Assembly (NCBI GenBank): GCA_039698055.1
Contig: JBDKTL010000041.1
Span: 1-16,070, forward strand
Source: Methanoregula sp.
GTDB lineage: Archaea > Halobacteriota > Methanomicrobia > Methanomicrobiales > Methanospirillaceae
Reading direction: 5' to 3'
DNA: 16,070 bases
Shown: positions 6,846 through 14,830 of the stretch, in pieces
How positions within the stretch are numbered: position 1 is the stretch's first letter
How the letters are laid out: each line of letters opens with the position of its first letter
Program-made: the position numbers and the translations under genes
The notes under the pieces: model-generated
What the model was told of the DNA's origin: nothing
Database searches by the model: none
What the model saw: the letters and a program-made list of their open reading frames with translations, nothing else

Positions 6846-7691
6846 ATGAGCTGTGCAGGACTGTTCCGGATTACCCGCCCGGCAAACGCGTTCGTCGCCG
6901 GGCTCGCGGCGATCGTTGCCTATCTTATTGCAACCGGAACAATTGTCCCGGCAGCGCTCTTCCTGTTTGTCATTGTCGCCCTCATTACGGCAGCAGGGAA
7001 CGTGATCAATGATTATTATGATGCGGAGATCGATGCGATCAACCGCCCTGATCGCCCGGTTCCATCAGGGACCGTTACCAAATCTACTGCTAAAAGTTTT
7101 GCGATTACCCTCTTCCTCGCGGGTATTCTTGTCAGCTTCTTTACCAACCCAATCTGTATTGCCATTGCTCTTGTCAATTCGGTCATTCTCATGTACTATG
7201 CGGCGAAGCTCAAGAGCACCCCTTTCTTTGGCAACCTTGCTGTCGCGTACCTGTCAGCAAGTATCTTCCTTTTTGGCGGGGCGCTTGCCGGTGTCACCGG
7301 TCTTTACCACATGCTGCCGGTTGCCGCCATTACTCTCCTTGCGATGCTTGCCCGTGAACTCCTTAAGGATGCCGAAGATGTGGAAGGAGATCTCGCAGGG
7401 GGAGCTCAGACGCTCCCGATCAGGATCGGCGTAAATGCAACCGCCCGGCTTGCTTTTATCTTTGCGGTGCTTGCCGTTATTGCAAGCGTGGTTCCCGGTT
7501 CATGGTGGGGAATCGGGTACCTCGCCGGCATCTTTGTCGTCGATTGCACCATTCTTGCAGCGGCACTGCGGGTGCTGTGCTGCACCACCCCCGCGTGTGT
7601 AAAAGCATCCGGTTCAACAACGTTTTTGAAAGTGGGGATGTTTGCCTCCCTTATCGTATTCACTGTATCGGCGGTTTTCCTGTCCGGGTAG
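6846..7691 (+). CDS. Digeranylgeranylglyceryl phosphate (DGGGP) synthase, UbiA prenyltransferase family
   Basis: ITRPAN, GNVINDYYDAEIDAINRPDRPVPSG, YAAKLK...GN and RELLKDAEDVEGD...TLP motifs with multiple hydrophobic segments. The real start is likely the ATG at 6846, not 6420. Confidence 0.93.
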   Translation: MSCAGLFRITRPANAFVAGLAAIVAYLIATGTIVPAALFLFVIVALITAAGNVINDYYDAEIDAINRPDRPVPSGTVTKSTAKSFAITLFLAGILVSFFTNPICIAIALVNSVILMYYAAKLKSTPFFGNLAVAYLSASIFLFGGALAGVTGLYHMLPVAAITLLAMLARELLKDAEDVEGDLAGGAQTLPIRIGVNATARLAFIFAVLAVIASVVPGSWWGIGYLAGIFVVDCTILAAALRVLCCTTPACVKASGSTTFLKVGMFASLIVFTVSAVFLSG

Positions 7692-7765
7692 CCTGTATAA
7701 CGGCATCCGGCCGACCGTCCAATACCTTTATCCCCTGATCATCCCTCATCTATCGTGAGGCAGTC

Positions 7766-8179
7766 ATGGCAGAGGTTTTCCGGCAGGGCTCTACGTATTT
7801 TGCTCCTAAAGGCTCCTATTTTGAAGGCAATGTAAAAATAGACGGGGACTTTGTCGTACCGGCACGCACGCATTTCTGGGGGCGGCTGGTTGTTTCGGGG
7901 AGTCTTGAACTGGGATCCCGTTCAAGCGTTGCAATGGACGTGATCTGCGGCAGCGCAATTGTCGGCAACCAGTCGCGGATTAAAGGCCCGCTCATTGCCA
8001 CGGGCGATGTCACAATCCTCGACCATGCCACCGTCCATTCCATCCAGGCTGGCGGAAAAGTAATCCTGCGCCCGGACGTCCGTGTTGGGGATGTCACCAG
8101 CAGCGATACGATCATTGTCCACGGCAAGATTAAAAGCGGGAACCTAATCGGTAAGAATATGAAGGTTCTCGGGAATTAA
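7766..8179 (+). CDS. Polymer-forming cytoskeletal (bactofilin-like) beta-helix protein
   Basis: Repeating G-x-V/L/I beta-solenoid units (FEGNVKIDGDF, WGRLVVSGSL, IKGPLIATGDV, IQAGGKV, VHGKIKSG). SD-like GTGAGG upstream. Confidence 0.75.
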   Translation: MAEVFRQGSTYFAPKGSYFEGNVKIDGDFVVPARTHFWGRLVVSGSLELGSRSSVAMDVICGSAIVGNQSRIKGPLIATGDVTILDHATVHSIQAGGKVILRPDVRVGDVTSSDTIIVHGKIKSGNLIGKNMKVLGN

Positions 8180-8845
8180 CGCAGGATCGACCCCGAGAAT
8201 GGCGACTTCATAGACATCCGGCCAGTTCACGATGGTCTCAACACATCCCTCTTTTAAGGTCACCACGCCCATGACCACGAGGCCCATCTTGTCTGCCATA
8301 TCGATACCTTCTTTGACTTCGGTGAGGCACCCCACCCCGATAAGGGCTTTTGGCCGGTATTTCTTGACCATCCGTTTGATGAACGAAGAGCCTGGCACAA
8401 TAAAAAGATGGTACCCCATCGTTTCAAGAATCTGCCGGGATTCCCCGATAGAGCACTGCCCACAGCTCTGGCATTTCAGCCCTTCAGGAGTGAGATGCGC
8501 GGGACATTTCGATGAGCGAAGGCATTGCGGCAGAAAGATCGCCCGCTCTGTAACCGGTATCCGCTCAAATGCGCTCTCGTTCATCGCGTTCTGGAGTTTG
8601 ATGAAAAATGCGAGCATCTCGCGGTCTTCAAGGCCGAGCAGCCGGAAAAACGACTTCATGAATCCTTCCAGCAGTACCAGTCCGGCTTTAATCATGCGGG
8701 GGAAATACAACCGCCCTTTTCTGATAGAATAGATCGAGATGACCACAAGCACAAATGAAACCGCGAGCGCCCCAAGTAAGATGATAATGGTAATTTCGCC
8801 GATGAGATACATCAGGTTGTGAAGAGGAGTAAAATCAAAATCCAT
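8144..8845 (-). CDS. DUF116 domain-containing membrane-anchored Cys-rich protein
   Basis: N-terminal transmembrane segment; LPQCLRSSKCPA...CQSCGQC, IVPGSS, GVGC and GC.ET motifs typical of DUF116. Confidence 0.88.
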   Translation of the reverse strand: MDFDFTPLHNLMYLIGEITIIILLGALAVSFVLVVISIYSIRKGRLYFPRMIKAGLVLLEGFMKSFFRLLGLEDREMLAFFIKLQNAMNESAFERIPVTERAIFLPQCLRSSKCPAHLTPEGLKCQSCGQCSIGESRQILETMGYHLFIVPGSSFIKRMVKKYRPKALIGVGCLTEVKEGIDMADKMGLVVMGVVTLKEGCVETIVNWPDVYEVAILGVDPALIPENLHILTD

Positions 8846-8865
8846 AGGTAACGTGCTCGTAAACG

Positions 8866-9915
8866 TTATTTCGTATTGGCTTCTCTGCGGGATAAACGTG
8901 TTCTGAAGTCAAACGGCGCGCGAAAAACACCCTGTTCTGTAATGACGGCAGTCACCAGTTCCAGGGGTGTTGCATCGAACGCAAAATTTTTCACGGGCAC
9001 ACCATCAGGAATCAGGGTGCGGCTGCCCATGACGGCAAGTTCGTCCCTTCCCCGCTCTTCGATGACAACGTCCTGCTCGGTTCTGGACATATCAAACGTG
9101 GAGAACGGTGCGGCGACATAGAACGGGATGTTGTGGTGGTGTGCACAGACCGCGTGCATGTAGGTTCCGATCTTGTTAAAGACCGCATCCCCCGTAATAC
9201 GGTCCGCACCGACAATCACGGCATCGATAGTGCTGGTACGCATGAGGTGCGCTGCAGTGGAATCGGTGATGACGGTTACCTCAATACTGTCCCGGGCAAG
9301 CTCCCATGCCGTCAGCCGTGCGCCCTGCAGCAGCGGGCGGGTTTCACAGGCAAGCACGTTTACGTTTTTTCCTGCCTCTACTGCTGAACGGATGACGCCC
9401 AGCGCAGTGCCCCACGAGGAGCAGGCAAGCGCCCCGGCATTGCAGTGCGTGAGCACGGTGCAGGTATCGGGAAGCAGGGCAGCCCCGTGTTCGCCAATGG
9501 CATGGCAGCACCGGGTATCTTCCCGGGCTATTTCCTGTGCTTCAGCAAGGGCAGTTTCCCGTGCAGAATTGATATCCCCGGTCTCCTCCAGTCGCGTGAG
9601 AACCCGGTCGATCCCCCACCCGAGATTGACTGCAGTCGGGCGGGTTGCGCGGAGCAGTTCTGCATCCCGACGCACATCAGCCCAAAATGCATCCCATCCT
9701 GTCCTGAAACTGGTAACTGCTGCAAGCGCAACACCATATGCTCCCGCGACACCGAGTGCCGGTGCACCACGGATCTCAAGGCGCCGGATGGCGGTTGCAA
9801 GACGATCAACGCTTGTGCACTCAACAATCGCATAGTCGTTTGGGAGCAGTGTCTGGTCAATATACCGGATTCCCGGCAGCGCTGCATCCCACCAGAGCGT
9901 AGCCGACTCGTTCAC
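8866..9915 (-). CDS. mtnA: S-methyl-5-thioribose-1-phosphate isomerase (eIF2B-alpha-like family)
   Basis: IDQTLLP, IRGAPALG, RPTAVNL, LTHCNAGALA, GTALG, ETRPLLQGARLT, GADRI, NKIGTY and FDATP. The GTG start at 9915 overlaps the HdrA-like stop (GTGA). Confidence 0.93.
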   Translation of the reverse strand: MNESATLWWDAALPGIRYIDQTLLPNDYAIVECTSVDRLATAIRRLEIRGAPALGVAGAYGVALAAVTSFRTGWDAFWADVRRDAELLRATRPTAVNLGWGIDRVLTRLEETGDINSARETALAEAQEIAREDTRCCHAIGEHGAALLPDTCTVLTHCNAGALACSSWGTALGVIRSAVEAGKNVNVLACETRPLLQGARLTAWELARDSIEVTVITDSTAAHLMRTSTIDAVIVGADRITGDAVFNKIGTYMHAVCAHHHNIPFYVAAPFSTFDMSRTEQDVVIEERGRDELAVMGSRTLIPDGVPVKNFAFDATPLELVTAVITEQGVFRAPFDFRTRLSRREANTK

Positions 9916-11192
9916 ACTGATCCTGCCCTTAGTGCATCGATATATGCCCGCATCGCCGCCGACCCCCCGGATGCAACGCTGTCCGGGATATCCCGGGGCG
10001 CTGTGACCGTACCGGCTACATAAATCCCGGGGCGAATGGTGGCGACGGTATTCACTGCATCGTTGGCCGGTCTGATAAACCCGGTCTCTTCCAGCGGCAG
10101 GCAAAATCGCTTCGCAAGATCGCCGGTCGAATCCGCCGGCCCGATCCCGATCGAGAGCACGACAAGGTCCGGGTGGAGAACCTGCACTTCGGCAGTCTCG
10201 GTATTTTCGACCTGCATCATCATCCCGTTACGGTCGGGCAGCACATCTGAGGGCATCCCCCGGAGGAAACGGATCCCGAGCCCTTTTGCCCGCTCGAAAT
10301 ATTCCTCGTAGCCCTTCCCGTAAGAACGGATATCCATATAGCAGACGGTGATGTCGGTTTCAGGATGCTTCTCCTTGATGAGTATTGCGTTCTTTATCGC
10401 CTGCATGCAGCAGACGCAGGAACAGTACGGCCGGTTGATGGTCATGTCCCGCGATCCCACGCACTGCACAAAGACAATGCTTTTTGGCTCGTTCCCGTCG
10501 CTTAACCGTTTGATATGTCCGCCCGTCGGGCCGCTCGCGTTGATCATCCGTTCAAGTTCCATGCTCGTGATCACATCGGGAAGCCGAAGGTGCCCGAACT
10601 GGGTTTTTTTCTGGGCATCAAAGACTGAATACCCTGTCGTGATTACGATGCTTGCAGCATCAATAACAATTTCTTTTTCCGTATCCTCGCGGAGGATCGC
10701 TTCCGGACCACAGGAATCATAGCACAGGCCACATTCGATACAATGCTCCGGGTCTTTAACCACCCGGTCAGGAACTGCCTGTGGGTGGGGCTTGTAGATC
10801 GCTTTCCTTACCCCAACCCCCGCGTCGAACCGGTTATAGACTTCAACGGGACAGACCTGTATACAGTCGCCGCAGCCGGTACAGGTTTCCATATCGATAT
10901 ATCGCGGGTGCTGCCTGACGGTTACTTTGAAATGCCCGACTTCCCCTTCAATTTTTTCCACTTCAGCAAGCGTGTAGATCTTAATATTCGGGTGGCGGGC
11001 GACATCCACCATCTTGGGGGAGAGGATGCACATGGAGCAGTCGTTTGTTGGAAAGGTCTTATCGAGCTGTGCCATGTGTCCGCCAATGGAAGGTTCGCGT
11101 TCGATCAGGTGGACATTGATACCGTGGCCGGCAATGTCAAGAGCTGCCTGTATCCCGGCAATTCCTGCACCAATGACGACAACGTCACTCAT
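9912..11192 (-). CDS. Short HdrA-like FAD/Fe-S oxidoreductase (heterodisulfide reductase subunit A family, about 426 aa)
   Basis: GAGIAG Rossmann motif, GGHMAQLDKTFPTNDCSMC, inserted ferredoxin domain (CTGCGDCIQVCP; CIECGLCYDSCGP), ELERM, CVGSRD..YCSCVCC and PRDIPDSV. The ATG at 11192 overlaps the gamma-CA stop. Confidence 0.92.
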   Translation of the reverse strand: MSDVVVIGAGIAGIQAALDIAGHGINVHLIEREPSIGGHMAQLDKTFPTNDCSMCILSPKMVDVARHPNIKIYTLAEVEKIEGEVGHFKVTVRQHPRYIDMETCTGCGDCIQVCPVEVYNRFDAGVGVRKAIYKPHPQAVPDRVVKDPEHCIECGLCYDSCGPEAILREDTEKEIVIDAASIVITTGYSVFDAQKKTQFGHLRLPDVITSMELERMINASGPTGGHIKRLSDGNEPKSIVFVQCVGSRDMTINRPYCSCVCCMQAIKNAILIKEKHPETDITVCYMDIRSYGKGYEEYFERAKGLGIRFLRGMPSDVLPDRNGMMMQVENTETAEVQVLHPDLVVLSIGIGPADSTGDLAKRFCLPLEETGFIRPANDAVNTVATIRPGIYVAGTVTAPRDIPDSVASGGSAAMRAYIDALRAGSV

Positions 11193-11679
11193 GGGCATAT
11201 TCCCCGGCAAGTTTGACGTATGAACGGGCGTTGTCCATGATATGCTCCCGCTGCGCATCCGTTGTCTGTTTGATAACCTTGCCGGGAACTCCGACAACGA
11301 CTGAGTTTTCCGGTACCTGCATACCTTCGGTTATGACTGCTCCCGCCCCGATCATCGCGCCTGTTTTTACCGTTGCCCCGTTGAGCACAATTGCTCCCAT
11401 GCCAACCAGCACCTGGTCCTCGATTGTACAGCCATGAAGGATCGCCCCGTGACCGACCGATACATCACACCCGAGAGTCACCGGGAATCCTTTGCTGGTG
11501 TGGACAACGCAATTATCCTGGATATTTGACCGGTCTCCAATCATGATCCGGTCCTTGTCAGCGCGGATAACTGCGCCAAACCAGATGCCAACCCCGTTTC
11601 CGAGGGTAACATCTCCCATAACGGTAGCGTTACTGGCAACAAATAATGGTTTGCCGGCGACCTTTCCATCAATATCCAT
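11185..11679 (-). CDS. Gamma-class carbonic anhydrase family protein (PaaY/YrdA-like left-handed beta-helix)
   Basis: GDVTLG, IWFGAVIRAD, IGDRSNIQDNCVVH, VSVGHGAILHGC (three metal-binding His) and GVPGKVIK. The ATG at 11679 is preferred because the 11757 start would overlap coaD. Confidence 0.93.
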   Translation of the reverse strand: MDIDGKVAGKPLFVASNATVMGDVTLGNGVGIWFGAVIRADKDRIMIGDRSNIQDNCVVHTSKGFPVTLGCDVSVGHGAILHGCTIEDQVLVGMGAIVLNGATVKTGAMIGAGAVITEGMQVPENSVVVGVPGKVIKQTTDAQREHIMDNARSYVKLAGEYAHE

Positions 11680-11709
11680 AATACCATAGGAATGTAAGGT
11701 ACAGACCGT

Positions 11710-12168
11710 ATGAAGGTTATGGTAGGGGGCACATTTGACCCTCTTCACGACGGCCATAAACGCCTTCTGACCCGTTCGTTTGAACTTGCCGGGCCGGATG
11801 GTTATGTGGTGATCGGACTAACCACTGACGACTTTGCACGCCAGAAGTCGCACCCTATTCATGAATTCTCTGCGCGAAAAGCAGATCTGGAAACATTCAT
11901 TGCCGGGAAAAACTACCCTGCCCGCTGGGAGATCGAACCGCTCAGTGACCGATACGGTTCTGCAATCGACGTGGATTTTGACGCGATCGTTGTCTCCGAG
12001 GAAACCCTTCCGGTGGCTGTTGAGATAAACAAGGTCCGGCGCGAAAAAAAGAAACGAAAAGTGGATATCCACCAGATCACCTGCGTGCTCGCCGATGATG
12101 GCCGCTGGATCTCCTCCACCCGCATCTGGCGCGGTGAGATAGATGTGCACGGGCACCTGATCAGATGA
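11710..12168 (+). CDS. coaD: Archaeal phosphopantetheine adenylyltransferase
   Basis: VGGTFDPLHDGH (HxGH motif), IGLTTD, AIVVSEET and ISSTRI. Confidence 0.93.
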   Translation: MKVMVGGTFDPLHDGHKRLLTRSFELAGPDGYVVIGLTTDDFARQKSHPIHEFSARKADLETFIAGKNYPARWEIEPLSDRYGSAIDVDFDAIVVSEETLPVAVEINKVRREKKKRKVDIHQITCVLADDGRWISSTRIWRGEIDVHGHLIR

Positions 12169-12649
12169 TGTGGCTGGTCAGATCTTTTTTAATGACAGAC
12201 TCGCAGTAGAGACATCGCAGGCCCTTTCCTTCCGGCAGCACGGCAAACCTGCTCTTGATTGGTTCATTGGTATTTGAGATGCAGCCGGGGTTGGGACAGC
12301 GGACACTTCCTTCGATCAGGATGGGGATCTCCACACCTTTCTTCTCGCAGACCTTGAAATTGCGGACGATGTTGATCGTTGCCTTGGGAGAGATGAGTGC
12401 GATACGATCCACTTCTGTTTTCAGGAGCTCCCGGTTGGCAAGTTTGACAATATCTTTTTTCCCCATATTCCTGCTGGGAACATTTGTTGCAATACTTAGA
12501 GATTCCGTGGTCGATCCCGTTATCCCGAGGATCTTCATGACATTGAGCGCTTCCCCGCCGGTAATGTGATCGATGACGGTGCCGTTTTTGATCCGGCTGA
12601 TCAGAAGGTCTTGGTTGGCAGCGTCTTCAGGTTCGTGAGGAGAATTCAT
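12161..12649 (-). CDS. pyrI: Aspartate carbamoyltransferase regulatory subunit
   Basis: IKNGTVIDHI, KKDIVK, ATINIV and Zn ligands CPNPGC...CLYC. ATGA overlap with the pyrB stop. Confidence 0.97.
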   Translation of the reverse strand: MNSPHEPEDAANQDLLISRIKNGTVIDHITGGEALNVMKILGITGSTTESLSIATNVPSRNMGKKDIVKLANRELLKTEVDRIALISPKATINIVRNFKVCEKKGVEIPILIEGSVRCPNPGCISNTNEPIKSRFAVLPEGKGLRCLYCESVIKKDLTSHII

Positions 12650-13542
12650 TGCATCACCTTGAGAAGCATTGCCATCCTGACAGGTATACCGTTTCTCGAC
12701 TGCTCGAAGTACCGTGCGTGCGGGGAGGCATCGACACGGGGATCGATTTCATCCACCCGGGGAAGAGGATGAAGCACGATCAGGTGCCTGCGTGCGCCAA
12801 CGAGCAGTTCCGGAGTGATGCGGTAACTGGAGGAAACGTTGTAGTACGAGGTGGAGTCAGGGAACCGCTCACGCTGGATTCGGGTGACGTAGAGGACATC
12901 CACCAGCCCGATCACATCGTTGATGTCATCGTGCTCGATGATCTCCATGCCCTTTTCGGTGAGTTCATTGACAAGAGACGACGGTAGCTCGAGTCCTTTG
13001 GGTGAGACGGTATGGAGCCGGACTCCGTAAAGGGAGAGTGCAGATGCAAGGGAATGCGCCGTCCGCCCGTACCGGAGATCGCCCACGAGTGCGACATCAA
13101 TCCCGTCAATGTCCATTGACTGTCGAATGGTATAGAGGTCAAGCAGCGTCTGGGACGGATGCTGGCCGGCGCCGTCCCCGGCATTGAGGACCGGCACATG
13201 AGCAAACTCTGCTGCAAGGCGTGCCGCGCCTTCCTTTGGGTGGCGGATGACGATCGCATCCGCATACCCGCTGACAACCCGGATGGTATCGGCAAGCGTC
13301 TCCCCTTTTGACATGGAGCATGCCTCGACACTGCTCACGGAAATGGATGTCCCACCCAGCCGGGCCATGGCCGATTCAAATGACATCCTTGTCCGGGTAC
13401 TTGGTTCAAAAAAGAGCACGGCAAGGATCTTTCCCTGCAGGGCGGTCTTATCAAATTTCTTCTCATCGATCTGGCGCGCATGATCGAGCAGCTGATCGAT
13501 CCCGGCACGGTCAAAATCCCCGATGGATATGATATGTTGCGT
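12646..13542 (-). CDS. pyrB: Aspartate carbamoyltransferase catalytic subunit (298 aa if started at ACG 13542)
   Basis: FFEPSTRT, KGETLADT, HPSQTLLD, GDLRYGRT, RIQRER and HPLPR. The frame continues 41 codons upstream of the ORF-track GTG with a typical N-terminus (xQHIISIGDF...LQGKILAVLF); the Met position is ACG with SD GGGAGGAG. Gene identity is certain, the start is inferred. Confidence 0.93.
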   Translation of the reverse strand, partial: TQHIISIGDFDRAGIDQLLDHARQIDEKKFDKTALQGKILAVLFFEPSTRTRMSFESAMARLGGTSISVSSVEACSMSKGETLADTIRVVSGYADAIVIRHPKEGAARLAAEFAHVPVLNAGDGAGQHPSQTLLDLYTIRQSMDIDGIDVALVGDLRYGRTAHSLASALSLYGVRLHTVSPKGLELPSSLVNELTEKGMEIIEHDDINDVIGLVDVLYVTRIQRERFPDSTSYYNVSSSYRITPELLVGARRHLIVLHPLPRVDEIDPRVDASPHARYFEQSRNGIPVRMAMLLKVMQ

Positions 13543-13737
13543 CGCAACTCCTCCCGCACATTGTTATCGATATATGATACTCCTGCGCTAATTATCTATT
13601 TCTCATGGGAGTGATTTTTTTGGCACTCGGGAATAAACCGGGGTTTTATACACCAGGGCGGGCTGACAGGAATGATATTATTCCATTGTTACGCAGATTT
13701 ATAGAAGAAATTCATTTTCAAAAAGGTGTGAATAACC

Positions 13738-14829
13738 GTGCAGATCCCCATAGCGCGACCAGCGATCGGTCAGGACGAAATTTCAGCAGTTTCCGAGGTA
13801 CTGGTGTCCGGTATGCTGGCGCAGGGCGAAAAGATGGCTGAATTTGAGAAAAAGTTCGCGGATTATTGCGGCACCACGCATGCCGTCGCGACAAATAATG
13901 GTACTGCTGCACTCCATGCTGCACTGCTCGCTGCGGAGATCGGTTACGGAGATGAGGTGATTGTACCGGCGTTCTCCTTTATTGCAACGGCAACTGCGGT
14001 GTCTATGTGCGGTGCAAAACCCGTCTTTGCGGATGTTGATGAACGCACCTTCACCATTGACCCGCAGCAGATTACAGAACGCATAACTCCGAAAACAAAA
14101 GCGGTAATTGGCGTGCACTTGTTCGGGCAGTCATTTGATGTCCATGCCGTTAAGGAATGTTGCGAATCCCATAACCTGATCCTGATTGAAGATGCCGCAC
14201 AAGCGCATGGAGCACTGTGCAATGGGGAAAAAACCGGTGGATTGGGCCACATGGGCTGTTTCTCGTTCTATGCGACAAAGAACATGATCACCGGTGAAGG
14301 GGGGATGATCACCACGAGCGAGAAAGCCTGTGCAGAGCGCCTGCGGTTGATTGTCAACCACGGGCAGAGTGAGAAATACCTTCATACCCGGCTGGGATAC
14401 AATTACCGTATGACCGATATTGCCGCTGCCATCGGTATCGTCCAGCTAAAAAAACTTGACAAATTTAATATGCGGCGCCGGAAAAATGCCGAATACTACG
14501 ACACCCATCTCAAAGTAAACGGGCTGGTGACACCGTATGTTGCAGAAGGGATGCACCATGTTTACCACCAGTATGTCATCCGGCTCACCGGGGAGTTCCC
14601 GATGAAAAGGCCTGAGTTCATGGAGTACCTGAAGGCAAAAGGAATCGGCTGCGCCGTGCATTATCCTATCCCTCTTCACCGCCAGCCTCTTTATGATGTT
14701 GCACAGGACCCCGATCCCTGCCCGGTATCTACCCGGCTTGCAGAAAGCGTACTCTCGCTGCCGGTCCATCCGCTCCTTGATGGAAAAGAACTTGCCTTTA
14801 TCTGTGATACTATTAACAAGGTGACATGA
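13738..14829 (+). CDS. DegT/DnrJ/EryC1/StrS family PLP-dependent sugar aminotransferase
   Basis: NNGTAALH, GDEVIVP, VHLFGQ, IEDAAQAHGA, SFYATKN...GEGG (PLP Lys), GYNYRM and SLPVHP. GTG start with AGGTG upstream. Confidence 0.95.
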   Translation: MQIPIARPAIGQDEISAVSEVLVSGMLAQGEKMAEFEKKFADYCGTTHAVATNNGTAALHAALLAAEIGYGDEVIVPAFSFIATATAVSMCGAKPVFADVDERTFTIDPQQITERITPKTKAVIGVHLFGQSFDVHAVKECCESHNLILIEDAAQAHGALCNGEKTGGLGHMGCFSFYATKNMITGEGGMITTSEKACAERLRLIVNHGQSEKYLHTRLGYNYRMTDIAAAIGIVQLKKLDKFNMRRRKNAEYYDTHLKVNGLVTPYVAEGMHHVYHQYVIRLTGEFPMKRPEFMEYLKAKGIGCAVHYPIPLHRQPLYDVAQDPDPCPVSTRLAESVLSLPVHPLLDGKELAFICDTINKVT

Positions 14830-14830
14830 G

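Noticed and set aside
9916-11757. N-terminal extensions of mtnA (to 10104), HdrA-like (to 11297) and gamma-CA (to 11757)
   Set aside because: Each overlaps a neighbouring real gene, and the shorter starts give typical stop/start coupling.
12646-13559. pyrB as a truncated pseudogene or frameshifted with ORF 13335..13559
   Set aside because: The full conserved N-terminus is in frame with no stop or shift; only the start codon is atypical, and the 13335..13559 frame is not PyrB-like.
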